NCBI GenBank assembly: GCA_900617105.1
Contig: UYFQ01000006.1
Coordinates: 806,001-870,000 of the forward strand
From: Hydrurus foetidus
Lineage: Eukaryota
DNA: 64,000 nucleotides
Direction of reading: 5' to 3'
Below the pieces are notes generated by a model. That model worked only from the letters and a program-made list of their open reading frames with translations, was not told the DNA's origin and made no database searches. Below, one piece after another: positions 1-8,926 of the stretch. A program made the position numbers and the translations under genes. Within the stretch, counting starts at the first letter, position 1; each line of letters begins with the position of its first letter.

Positions 1-342
1 AACGATTTGATCCAGTACACCCTGGCCATCGACCGCGCCGACGAAGCCGTCTCCCACCTCTACGACCCCCTGCACCCCGCCGTGCTGCGCTTGGTGGCCG
101 ACACTATCCGTGAAGCCCAAGTCCAAGGTAAAGGTGTCAGCGTCTGCGGCGAAATGGCGGGCGATGCCAGTTTCACCCGCCTGCTGCTGGGCCTGGGCCT
201 GCGCAGTTTTTCCATGCACCCCGCGCAAATCTTGACGGTCAAACAAGAGGTGCTGCGCGCAGACACCAGCAAACTCAAAGCCTGGGCACAGCGTGTGCTG
301 GAATCCGACGAGCCGGGGACGGTGCTGAACGGGGCGGTTTGA
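1..342 (+). CDS. ptsI: PTS enzyme I (PEP-protein phosphotransferase), C-terminal part, truncated by window start
   Basis: Frame opens with NDLIQYTLAIDR, then YDPLHPAVLR and VSVCGEMAGD, all conserved EI C-terminal motifs. Confidence 0.93.
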   Translation, partial: NDLIQYTLAIDRADEAVSHLYDPLHPAVLRLVADTIREAQVQGKGVSVCGEMAGDASFTRLLLGLGLRSFSMHPAQILTVKQEVLRADTSKLKAWAQRVLESDEPGTVLNGAV

Positions 343-357
343 CGTGCGAGGGCTGCC

Positions 358-570
358 ATGAACCCCGAAGACCTGCAAAAACTCGTCACCCTTGCCATGC
401 CTTTCGGAAAATTCAAAGGCCGCTTGATTGCTGACCTGCCCGGCCATTACCTCACCTGGTTCGCTCGTGCCGGTTTCCCGCCAGGGGAAATCGGGCGCTT
501 GCTGGCGCTGATGCACGAGATTGACCACAACGGGTTGAGCGGGTTACTACAGCCGCTGCGCAAAATGTAA
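358..570 (+). CDS. DUF3820 family small protein
   Basis: MPFGKFKGRLIADLPGHYLTWF...NGL motif typical of this family. Confidence 0.85.
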   Translation: MNPEDLQKLVTLAMPFGKFKGRLIADLPGHYLTWFARAGFPPGEIGRLLALMHEIDHNGLSGLLQPLRKM

Positions 571-653
571 ATATTGCCTGAATCAGGTCGCTCCACCACC
601 TTCCGTTGGTGGCAATATGGTGCGCTTTAGTTTTCTCTTTGGGATGCCTCTTT

Positions 654-1199
654 ATGACTGTTTTGTTTTCCTTTCGGGCGGTGCTGCTCGGGTTGCTGAC
701 CTTGGGTTGTCTGGCTCACGCCCAGGTACCTTCCACCGCTGACAGCCCCAGCGCTGCCCAAATGATCGAGCAGCTCAAGGCCCCTGCTGCTGCCCCCCGC
801 ACGCGCAGCCTTCGCAACTTGGGCGTGGAAGCCACTGATGCGCTGGGCGCAGTGGCCTCTCGGCCCTCGTTGTCACTGCACATTCAGTTCGATTTCGACT
901 CCGCCCGCGTGCGTCCAGAGAGTCAGCAGGCATTGAGCAACTTGGCGCTTGCCCTGCAATCGCCTGAACTGTTGCCCGCCAAATTCGCCATCGAAGGCCA
1001 CACCGATGCCAAAGGCCGGGCCGATTACAACCACAAACTCAGCGCTTTGCGTGCCGATGCCGTGCGCGACTACTTGGCGCAGCAGGGGGTGGAGACCCGC
1101 CGCCTGATCGCCAGCGGCAAAGGGTCTAGCGAATTGGCTAACCGCACCGAACCCTACGCGGCAGAAAACCGCCGGGTGCGTATTGTCAATTTGGAATAA
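654..1199 (+). CDS. Periplasmic OmpA-like peptidoglycan-binding domain protein
   Basis: Signal peptide ending AHA-Q; IQFDFDS, IEGHTD, YNHKLSALRA and NRRVRI OmpA C-terminal motifs; start chosen at ATG 654. Confidence 0.9.
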   Translation: MTVLFSFRAVLLGLLTLGCLAHAQVPSTADSPSAAQMIEQLKAPAAAPRTRSLRNLGVEATDALGAVASRPSLSLHIQFDFDSARVRPESQQALSNLALALQSPELLPAKFAIEGHTDAKGRADYNHKLSALRADAVRDYLAQQGVETRRLIASGKGSSELANRTEPYAAENRRVRIVNLE

Positions 1200-1211
1200 A
1201 CATTCCCGTCC

Positions 1212-2912
1212 ATGAGCTTCCTCGCCTCACTCCAATCCGCCTGGCGCTCGCTGGGGCGCTTCCCTGCGCACCGGGTGACATGGAGCCTCGCGGCGGTGTT
1301 TTGTGTCTGGGCGGTGCTTGATGTGATGGTGTTCCACGTCAGCAGCGGCCTGTCGAACACCACCTATGACGCGATGTTGCGGGCGCGTTTTCACACCGCA
1401 GCAGCAGACCCGCGCATCGTGATCGTAGACATTGATGAAGCCTCGCTCGCTCGCATGGGCAAAGAGTTTGGGCAGTGGCCCTGGCCGCGCGACACCCTGG
1501 CTACGGTGCTTGACCATATCGAAAAGCAGCAACCCGCCGCCGTGGTGTGGGATGTGGTGTTTTCTGAGGCTGATGTACAAAATCCCGGTGGCGATGCCGC
1601 CTTTAACATGGCCGTACAGCACAGCGTCCACAGCCATTTTTCTGTCGTGCGTCTGCCCACTGCAAACGACAGCCAGAGCCAAATTACCCGTGCCGTGCTA
1701 CCAGGGTTGTGGGTCAAGACCGTTGCATCCAGCACCGCCACTGTCGCGTTGATTCCCCCTGCACTGCCCGCCGTAGCGGCTGCCAGTCTGGGTTACAACA
1801 ACGGCTATGTGGATGGTGACGGCGTGCTGCGTCGCTACCGGTATGCCGAAGCGCTCAGCGATGGCAGCGTGATTCAATCCCTGCCTTTGGCTGTGCTCGG
1901 CGCTATAAATAAAGTAGCTGGTAACGCCCTTGAAATACACGCTAAAACCGCATTTGACGCTTCTTTCTTTGCATCCTCTGCTGTCCCTGTTCCCAAGGGT
2001 GATTTGATCGCCTACCGTGCCACAGCCAACAGCTACCCCCGTGTCGCCTTTGCCGATCTGTTTGCGGTGGCCGAAGGTGCAAAACCGCTGACTGCGGTGC
2101 CCTCTCTGGTGGGTAAGGTTGTCATCATCGGCTCCACGGCCCCCAGTCTGCACGACATCCATTCCAGCCCTTTGGCTCCCCACCATCACGGCGTTGATGC
2201 GCTGGCCACGGTGCTGGACAACGCGCTGAACCAACGCCATCTGCGTGAGCTGCCCCCGGCGTTACAAGCCTTGCTGGCTTGTGCGCTGTTCATCGGCATG
2301 GCCCTGTGGGTGGACGCACGGGGCGTGTCCTCGCTGGCCCCCGTTACGCTGGTGCTGCCCGCCGTGCTGCTGGGTATCAGCTACCTCACGTTGAACGGTT
2401 CGCCCGTGTTCATTGATTTGCACCTGAGCGCGGGCTTGGGCCTGCTGTTTTTGACCAGCCTGCGCACCTGGAATGGCCTGCGGCGCGATTACTGGTGCTG
2501 CATGCCGCGTCCGACAGCCACAACGACAACCCAAGACCCAGAACCCCTGTTGGCCTGGGCGATCTTAGGCCAAGCTCCCTGGGTTGATGCGCAATTTGAC
2601 CGCCTGCTGAGCGCCGTGCAAAAGCACGCCCCCCAGTGCCGCGTGGTCGCAGTGGACGCTGTTGCCGTGTGGCCCAATGCCTTGCACTGGCCCGATTTAG
2701 CCTGCGTGGCGGCGGTCGTTGGCCCGGCCACGGCCCTGCCATTGGGGTTGGCAGGCTTACAAGCTGCGTTGACACCGCTGTTGGTGCCGACACTGCCTCC
2801 TCGTCTCGCGCTGTGTGACGTGACCTATGAGGCGTTGATGCCTACCCTGTTCAGTGAATGGTCAATTTTGCAAAACACGGCGACAACCTCAGCCATTGAA
2901 AGACCCCTATGA
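1212..2912 (+). CDS. CHASE2 sensor-domain membrane protein without a recognisable output domain
   Basis: IVIVDIDEASL, GQWPWPR, VVWDVVFSE, DGDGVLRRY and GKVVIIG CHASE2 motifs, then about 3 TM helices and a divergent cytoplasmic tail. Confidence 0.85.
   Translation: MSFLASLQSAWRSLGRFPAHRVTWSLAAVFCVWAVLDVMVFHVSSGLSNTTYDAMLRARFHTAAADPRIVIVDIDEASLARMGKEFGQWPWPRDTLATVLDHIEKQQPAAVVWDVVFSEADVQNPGGDAAFNMAVQHSVHSHFSVVRLPTANDSQSQITRAVLPGLWVKTVASSTATVALIPPALPAVAAASLGYNNGYVDGDGVLRRYRYAEALSDGSVIQSLPLAVLGAINKVAGNALEIHAKTAFDASFFASSAVPVPKGDLIAYRATANSYPRVAFADLFAVAEGAKPLTAVPSLVGKVVIIGSTAPSLHDIHSSPLAPHHHGVDALATVLDNALNQRHLRELPPALQALLACALFIGMALWVDARGVSSLAPVTLVLPAVLLGISYLTLNGSPVFIDLHLSAGLGLLFLTSLRTWNGLRRDYWCCMPRPTATTTTQDPEPLLAWAILGQAPWVDAQFDRLLSAVQKHAPQCRVVAVDAVAVWPNALHWPDLACVAAVVGPATALPLGLAGLQAALTPLLVPTLPPRLALCDVTYEALMPTLFSEWSILQNTATTSAIERPL
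1902..1958 (+). repeat. Dispersed GCTAY-N7-RTAGC element inside CHASE2 gene
   Basis: GCTAT-AAATAAA-GTAGC-TGGTAACGC-CCTTGAAAT-ACACGCTAAAACCGCATTTGAC. Confidence 0.7.
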
Positions 2913-4771
2913 AGATTCTTTTGAGCACCATCGCCTGCACCCTGTCTGTGGTCGGTTTATTGGGGTTAAATCCCGTTTTAGCCCAATCTGCACTGGCGCA
3001 ACGTGCTACTGAAATTAGAGCGGACAAAGTGCCTTCCGCTGCCGTCATTGGCCAACTCAGCGCCGGTGCCGCGCTCCAGGTGCTGAGCGTGGAAGGCGGC
3101 TGGGTGCAGGTGAAAAGCACCGACACCGCCAACCTAAGCCGTACCGGCTGGGTTCGTGCCAACACCGTCAACCTGCAAGCTGGCAGCGCCAAAGCGGCTG
3201 ACCTGCCAAATGGACGACTCGCTAACAACAACGTCGCGCTCTCACTGGGTGTGCGCAGCTTGACCCCGCGTGACAACCGCCACGCCCTCATCATCGGCAT
3301 CAGCCGCTATGCCGACCCCGCTATCCCTGGCCTGCCCGGTGCCCACATTGACCGTGAATCGGCCACCCAAATGGCCCGTGCCATGCAGGTGCCCGAGGGC
3401 AATATCCGCTATCTGCAAGACGAGCAAGCCACGGGTGCAGGCATCCGCCAAGCCTTGGTCGATTTGAACGCCCGCGTGGTGGATGGCGACCGTGTGTTCG
3501 TGCATTACTCAGGCCACGGCACCCGCTACAACGACCCCAAAGCCGGGGGCTGTGTGGAAGCCTTGCTTGCGCACGACGGCGGCATCGCAGGCACCATCAC
3601 CAACCGTGAAGTTGCCGATTTACTCAAACCTCTTACGCAAAAAACCGATAAACTTTTTGTGATGTACGACGCCTGCCACTCTGGCGGCGTTGTCAAGGAA
3701 GCCAGTACAGTGCGCACACGCGGCTTCAGCAACGCCAACGACGACGGCCTGTTGCGCCCCAAATTCGCCACCATCAGCGAAGAATGTGGCCGTCCGGTGA
3801 ACATCAAAAGCCGTAATTTGATGCTGGAGCAAGTCGAAAATGAAGTCGCGCCCCAAGACATCATCCACGTCAGCGCCTCGCGGGACAACGAAGTCAGTTT
3901 TGACGACGCGCAAAAAGGCGGCCTCGCCACCCAGTTCATGCGCGACTGCATGTTGCGCGATGCCAAAGACCTGGACGGCAGCGGCGCGATCACCATGGAC
4001 GAAATCCGCCTGTGCGCGCAAGACAAGCTCAACAAACGGATGCAAAACGATGCGAATTTCAAGCCACATAACATCACGCTGAATGGCAATGCTGGCTTTG
4101 TGCCCGCCTGGTTCAGCCAAGCCATGCCTGTGGCGGTTGCTACAACAAACGCAGCTGCTAACGCTGGTGCAGCAAGCGTTAGCGCCATACCTGCTGTTGC
4201 CGCTGTACCCGTTGCTCCCCCCGTACTTACCGGCGAGCAAGCCTTGCGCCAGATGTTGGACCAGCGCGATGCCAAGCGCCGCGTGCAGGTCACGCTGGGG
4301 CGCGACAAGCTCAAAATCGGCCAAGATGCGCTCGATCTGGCCGTGCAGTCTGACCGCGCAGGCTACGTCTACGTGGCGATGGCAGGTTCCGATAACAAAG
4401 CCCTCTACCTGCTGTTTCCCAATGATTTAGACCAGAACAACAGCATCAAAGCCGGTGAACAGCTGCTGCTGCCCCGCCCCAACTGGCGCGTCAAAGCCGG
4501 TGGCCCCGTCGGCACAGACAACCTGCTGGTGATGGTGAGCGACGGCCCACGTGACCTGACCCAGCTCGCCGCCACCGCCAATGCGCCCAAAGCTGGGCCG
4601 TTTGTGGCATCGCTGAATGACGCAGCAGGACGTGCCCAACTGGGGGCGCTGATGAGCCGATCCCAAGGGCTGAGCGGGTCTGCGTGCAGCACCGCCGCTG
4701 CCCGCAAAAGCAACCCGCTATGCTCAGACGCTTACGGTGCCGTGATGGTGTCGGTCGAGGAACAAAAATGA
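2909..4771 (+). CDS. Exported SH3 + peptidase C14 (metacaspase-like) + DUF4384 protein
   Basis: Signal peptide; SH3b-like (LQVLSVEGGWVQV...GWVR); HALIIGISRY; catalytic HYSGHG and MYDACHSG; EF-hand-like DLDGSGAITMDE; C-terminal AGYVYV...LYLLFPN (DUF4384-like). Confidence 0.88.
   Translation: MKILLSTIACTLSVVGLLGLNPVLAQSALAQRATEIRADKVPSAAVIGQLSAGAALQVLSVEGGWVQVKSTDTANLSRTGWVRANTVNLQAGSAKAADLPNGRLANNNVALSLGVRSLTPRDNRHALIIGISRYADPAIPGLPGAHIDRESATQMARAMQVPEGNIRYLQDEQATGAGIRQALVDLNARVVDGDRVFVHYSGHGTRYNDPKAGGCVEALLAHDGGIAGTITNREVADLLKPLTQKTDKLFVMYDACHSGGVVKEASTVRTRGFSNANDDGLLRPKFATISEECGRPVNIKSRNLMLEQVENEVAPQDIIHVSASRDNEVSFDDAQKGGLATQFMRDCMLRDAKDLDGSGAITMDEIRLCAQDKLNKRMQNDANFKPHNITLNGNAGFVPAWFSQAMPVAVATTNAAANAGAASVSAIPAVAAVPVAPPVLTGEQALRQMLDQRDAKRRVQVTLGRDKLKIGQDALDLAVQSDRAGYVYVAMAGSDNKALYLLFPNDLDQNNSIKAGEQLLLPRPNWRVKAGGPVGTDNLLVMVSDGPRDLTQLAATANAPKAGPFVASLNDAAGRAQLGALMSRSQGLSGSACSTAAARKSNPLCSDAYGAVMVSVEEQK
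2965..3021 (-). repeat. Dispersed GCTAY-N7-RTAGC element, antisense, in signal-peptide region of caspase 1
   Basis: Reverse complement: GCTCT-AATTTCA-GTAGC-ACGTTGCGC-CAGTGCAGA-TTGGGCTAAAACGGGATTTAAC. Confidence 0.65.
4139..4192 (+). repeat. Dispersed GCTAY-N7-RTAGC element in caspase 1 interdomain linker
   Basis: GCTAC-AACAAAC-GCAGC-TGCTAACGC-TGGTGCAGC-AAGCGTTAGCGCCATA. Confidence 0.6.
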
Positions 4772-5313
4772 ACCTTTGGAAAAATTCCTTGCAACGCCCC
4801 TTGAAGCATCCTATGAATCACCACCCTCTGGGCTTGGCCCTCGCTGCCTCACTGGCGCTGAGTGTGCTGCTGAGCGCTTGCGTTGCCCGTCCCATCGAGC
4901 CTGCGAACACTGAGCCCCCCAAAGCGGCGCTCCAATTCGTTGATCTGCAAGGCTTTGACCGCGAACTGGCATCGTCCCTGTCCGCCACCTTGCCCACCGT
5001 CGATGTTGCGTTTTATGACCGCGTTAGCCCCAGCGCCTTGCCACCGCGCTTGCAAAGCTGGATGGCCTCGGTGGAGGCTGGTGGCGGCAGCGTCAAAGTA
5101 GTTCCCCCACCGTCCACGGTCGCTGCCAAAAGTCCTTTGCTGCTGCTGGGGCTGGTGACTTCGCTTTGGACTGCTTCCAAAATGGCCCGAGAAATGTCCA
5201 GCAAAGCCCAGCTGAATGTCGCCAAAGATTACGATGCCAACATTCTTTTGAAAACAGATGACAAAGGCGAATCGGTGGTGGACAAAGTGGTGTTTGTGAA
5301 GCGTAAGAAGTAG
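4768..5313 (+). CDS. Hypothetical lipoprotein
   Basis: ATGA overlap with upstream stop (alternative start 4813); hydrophobic stretch and lipobox LLSA-C. Confidence 0.75.
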   Translation: MNLWKNSLQRPLKHPMNHHPLGLALAASLALSVLLSACVARPIEPANTEPPKAALQFVDLQGFDRELASSLSATLPTVDVAFYDRVSPSALPPRLQSWMASVEAGGGSVKVVPPPSTVAAKSPLLLLGLVTSLWTASKMAREMSSKAQLNVAKDYDANILLKTDDKGESVVDKVVFVKRKK

Positions 5314-5364
5314 CCGTTACCCAGGGCCGTGCCCTGCTTGTTGTTCTGCATTGAAAGGATTGAA

Positions 5365-6924
5365 ATGCGTACTGCGATTACTTTTCGAAACCTGAAATGC
5401 TTGACTCACAGCCTTGGCATAGCGGCAGCGTTCAGCCTGCTCCCTGTTAAAGCCCAAGCCCCCGGTGATATCCGCGTGGCCCTGGTCATCGGCAATGCCG
5501 CCTACGCGGGCAACGCCGCTTTGGCTAATCCCGTCAACGATGCCCGTGCCATGGGCGACACCTTGCGTGGCCTGGGTTTCACTGTGGTGGAGTTACGCGA
5601 CAGCAGCAAAGCCCAGATGACCGATGCCATCGCCAAAGTACAAAGCAGCCTCAAAGGCCAGCAAGGCGTAGGGATGCTGTACTACGCCGGGCACGGGATG
5701 CAACTCGATTGGCGCAACTACATGGTGCCAGTGGATGCCAAGCTGCAAACATCCAGCGACATCCCCGCCCAAACAGTGGACATTGAGCAGGTGATTACGG
5801 CCTTCAAAACCGCTGGTAACCGCATGAACATCCTGGTACTCGATGCCTGCCGTGACAACCCCTTTGCTCAAAACGGTAGCCGCCCCAGCGCCAAAGGTCT
5901 GGCTCCCTTGGACGCACCACCGGGCACCTTTTTGGCTTACGCCACTGCACCCGGTAACGTGGCCGAAGATGGTGATACCCAAGGCCCGAATGGCACATCA
6001 GGCAATGGCCTGTACACCCAGTACCTGCTGCAAGAACTCAAAAACCCCATCGCCAAGATTGAAGACGTATTCAAGCGGGTGCGCCTCAATGTGCGGCAAA
6101 AAAGCCAAGGACGGCAAATCCCTTGGGAATCTACCAGCTTGGAGGATGATTTCTTTTTCAATGATGGCAGGGTGGTGACGGCGGCTGTTGCTACCGGCCC
6201 CGCGCTTGACAAAGCGTTTGCCATCGAGAAGGCCGATTGGGACAAGATCAAAAGTTCGGCCAGCGCAGACGACTTCTACGCCTTCTTGAAAACCTATCCC
6301 ACAGGGCTGATTTCTCAACAAGCGGTGGCCGCGTTAGAGCGGCTGGACAAAGCCAAAATCACCGCGCAAGCTGATAGAAATGGCATGGTGCAAACCAAAG
6401 AGCCCAAATTTCGCTTAGGTGACACCTATGAGGTTGTCTTCAAAGACGGTTACAGCGGCAAGGAGATGCGGCGAGGAAAATCGGTCGTGACCCGCATTGC
6501 AGATGGGATTGTGGAGATCAATAACGGGCAAATTTTGCTAACGATTGACGGCGGCGTGATCAAAAACCAATATGTTGCGAGCTTCGATCCGCCTCGTCTT
6601 GATCAGCCTGGCGGAGACTTTGTTGTTGGCATGAAATGGACGGGACGCACCATACAAACCAGTCTCAACGGAAAATCCAGGGCGCAGGACGATATGGTGA
6701 AAATTGTGGCTTTGGAAGATGTGACGGTACCAGCTGGCACCTTCAAGGCGTATAAATTCGAAATGAACAGTGCACTGGATAACGGGGATCGGGTCAAGCT
6801 GACCTATTGGATTCAGCCGGGTTGGGGTCAGTTCATCCGTATGCAGCGTGAAATTCGTTCGCGCACCGGGCCACCCGAGCTGGGGATCATTGAAATGGTT
6901 TCCCGCCAGCGGGGAGCGAGCTAA
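5365..6924 (+). CDS. Exported caspase family (peptidase C14) protein with C-terminal beta-rich domain
   Basis: RBS AAAGGA; signal peptide; RVALVIGNAAY, LANPVNDA, catalytic YYAGHG and VLDACRDNP, YATAPG, QIPWE; C-terminal VTVPAGTFKAYK motif. Confidence 0.9.
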   Translation: MRTAITFRNLKCLTHSLGIAAAFSLLPVKAQAPGDIRVALVIGNAAYAGNAALANPVNDARAMGDTLRGLGFTVVELRDSSKAQMTDAIAKVQSSLKGQQGVGMLYYAGHGMQLDWRNYMVPVDAKLQTSSDIPAQTVDIEQVITAFKTAGNRMNILVLDACRDNPFAQNGSRPSAKGLAPLDAPPGTFLAYATAPGNVAEDGDTQGPNGTSGNGLYTQYLLQELKNPIAKIEDVFKRVRLNVRQKSQGRQIPWESTSLEDDFFFNDGRVVTAAVATGPALDKAFAIEKADWDKIKSSASADDFYAFLKTYPTGLISQQAVAALERLDKAKITAQADRNGMVQTKEPKFRLGDTYEVVFKDGYSGKEMRRGKSVVTRIADGIVEINNGQILLTIDGGVIKNQYVASFDPPRLDQPGGDFVVGMKWTGRTIQTSLNGKSRAQDDMVKIVALEDVTVPAGTFKAYKFEMNSALDNGDRVKLTYWIQPGWGQFIRMQREIRSRTGPPELGIIEMVSRQRGAS

Positions 6925-7994
6925 TGACGGACTCCCCAACTGCCCCCCAAGCTGCCACCGATCAGGCTCCTGACCCCTCCCTCTTCGACCGCGATATGGC
7001 CGAGCTCACCCGGCGCAACCCTGGGCGGGCTTGGCTGGTGTTGGCGGTAGTCGCAGCGCTGGGCCTGACGGGTTTGTCGGCGTGGCGTCAAGGCTGGTTC
7101 ACGCCCACCGCTGCGGTGTACGTGGGGCTGCCCGGTATCACCGGGGTGCAGGTGGGCACGCCTGTCAAGCTCAAGGGTTTCAAGATTGGAGAGGTGGACG
7201 CGCTGGAGTTGATGCCGGATTTGAACGTCAAACTTCGCCTGCGCGTGGTGTTGCAGCGCCTGCCCCTGCTGGCCGCTGATGCCAGCGCGCACTTTGGCCG
7301 TGACGGCCCGATTGGGGGCAAATTCATCGAGATCAACCCCGGCACGCGCGGCATGGCACGTTTGGCCGCCAACGCCACGTTGCCGATGGAGGCCGGCACC
7401 GAGCTGGACGATGTGATGGCCACCGTCAAAGATGCGGTTGAAAAACTCGCCACCGCCATCGGCAAGGTCGATCCGATTTTGGACGACACCAAAAAGCTCA
7501 CCGGCGAGGCCAGCGCAGTCAGCACCGATGTCCACAAGTCGCTGACCACGATGCTGAGCAACATGGAAGCCATCTCGGCCCAGCTCAAGCGTGTGGGCGA
7601 TACCGCGACCCGTGTGGTCAGCAATGCAGACGTTGACCGCGCCCACCTCGTCGCCGATTTGCGCAAAGCCTTGGCTGCGGCCACCCAGGCTACCGAAACG
7701 GCCAACGCCACGTTGAAAGCGGTGGACAAAGCTGTTGAAAAAGACTTGCCCCTGCTGCTCGGCAAAGCCCAGCAAAGCGCCAGCGACGTGAACCAGATCA
7801 CCAGCGACGCCAAAACCATCAGCGACCAAGCCCGCCAGCAGCTGCCCCCCGCTTTGCGTGCCGGGCGCACCGTGGCACAAGATGCGGCGGACATCACCAC
7901 CGGGGCCAAGCGCCTGTGGCCGCTGTCTGCGGTGACGGGTGCGCCGCCTGATACCACCTTGCCACTGGACGGTTTTGAAGGAGGAAGCAAGTGA
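6924..7994 (+). CDS. MlaD/MCE family protein with long helical extension
   Basis: N-terminal TM, GVQVGTPVKLKGFKIGEVD MCE motif, IGGKFIEINPG, then long amphipathic helical region. Confidence 0.88.
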   Translation: MTDSPTAPQAATDQAPDPSLFDRDMAELTRRNPGRAWLVLAVVAALGLTGLSAWRQGWFTPTAAVYVGLPGITGVQVGTPVKLKGFKIGEVDALELMPDLNVKLRLRVVLQRLPLLAADASAHFGRDGPIGGKFIEINPGTRGMARLAANATLPMEAGTELDDVMATVKDAVEKLATAIGKVDPILDDTKKLTGEASAVSTDVHKSLTTMLSNMEAISAQLKRVGDTATRVVSNADVDRAHLVADLRKALAAATQATETANATLKAVDKAVEKDLPLLLGKAQQSASDVNQITSDAKTISDQARQQLPPALRAGRTVAQDAADITTGAKRLWPLSAVTGAPPDTTLPLDGFEGGSK

Positions 7995-8926
7995 GTAAGC
8001 ATCCAAAAAGCCTTTCACTGCTTTTTGTGTGGCCATTGGTTGCTATCAAAAATGTAGTTCTGGGGTTGACCGTGTGCTGTGGCCTGCTTGCCTGTGCCTC
8101 TGCGCCACCCGTATCTGTGCCACCCGCCCTGCAAGCCGCGCAGCGTCTGGAGCAGCGTGCCGCTCAGGCTTTTGCCCAGGGCGACTGGCCTAGCGCACAG
8201 GCGGACTACCAAACTGCTGCCGAGGTCTACGCCAGTTTGGCGCTGGTCGAGCCGCAGATGCGTACCTTGCTCAGTCTCGCCCGCGTGCAGGCTGAGGCCG
8301 GGCAGACCGCGTCCGCACTGCAAACCGTCAACCGCGTGCTGGCCCAGCCGGATTTCAAGGGTTTGAGCACCGGCACGCAGTTGCTGGCTCACGGGCGTGC
8401 TGCGGCTTTGGGCTTGCCGTCCGATGCCAGCGCTGCGCAGATTCACGTCCAGCAGGCGCTGGCCCTGTGCGCGAACACCTGTACCCAGCAGGCGGCGTTG
8501 CAGGTGCTGCAAGCGCGTATCGCTTTGCAGCAGGGGCAAGCGGCACAGGCTTTGGTGTTTGCAAATAATGCTCTTAAAACGATAGCGTGTTTGGCACGTC
8601 CAGCAAGTAATAAAGCCGAATTAAAGGTTGAATCCAAAGCTGTAGAGCAAGCGAATGCCCTGCGGGTGCGTGCCTATGCGGCGCAGGCTTTGCAGCAGGC
8701 CCAAACTGCCGCCGAAGATGCGCAAGCCGCCTTGGTGCTAGACCAAAACCAAGGTCTTTCTGCCAGGGTGGTGGACGACCTGCGCATCCTTGTCGATGCC
8801 TACAGGGCGTTGGGGGATGGGGGGCAAACGCAACGCCATCAAGCCTTGTTGGATGTCGCTGTGGCTGCGCGCAGAGCCCTTTCCTCCCCTGATGCACCAA
8901 CCCTCTCCCTGGGGGAGAGGAAGTGA
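7991..8926 (+). CDS. TPR-like helical lipoprotein
   Basis: GTGA overlap; lipobox LLA-C; Ala/Leu/Gln-rich TPR-like helical repeats. Confidence 0.7.
   Translation: MSKHPKSLSLLFVWPLVAIKNVVLGLTVCCGLLACASAPPVSVPPALQAAQRLEQRAAQAFAQGDWPSAQADYQTAAEVYASLALVEPQMRTLLSLARVQAEAGQTASALQTVNRVLAQPDFKGLSTGTQLLAHGRAAALGLPSDASAAQIHVQQALALCANTCTQQAALQVLQARIALQQGQAAQALVFANNALKTIACLARPASNKAELKVESKAVEQANALRVRAYAAQALQQAQTAAEDAQAALVLDQNQGLSARVVDDLRILVDAYRALGDGGQTQRHQALLDVAVAARRALSSPDAPTLSLGERK
7996..8058 (-). repeat. Dispersed GCTAY-N7-RTAGC element, antisense, forming the N-terminus of the TPR lipoprotein
   Basis: Reverse complement: ACTAC-ATTTTTG-ATAGC-AACCAATGG-CCACACAAA-AAGCAGTGAAAGGCTTTTTGGATGC; tail resembles the 63809 copy. 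Confidence 0.65.
8570..8626 (+). repeat. Dispersed GCTAY-N7-RTAGC element inside TPR gene
   Basis: GCTCT-TAAAACG-ATAGC-GTGTTTGGC-ACGTCCAGC-AAGTAATAAAGCCGAATTAAAG; conspicuous AT-rich patch in a GC-rich gene. Confidence 0.7.
8901..8920. repeat. REP-like CCCTCTCCC/GGGAGAGG hairpin absorbed into the TPR gene 3' end
   Basis: CCCTCTCCCTGGGGGAGAGG inverted repeat, encodes LSLGER. Confidence 0.45.
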
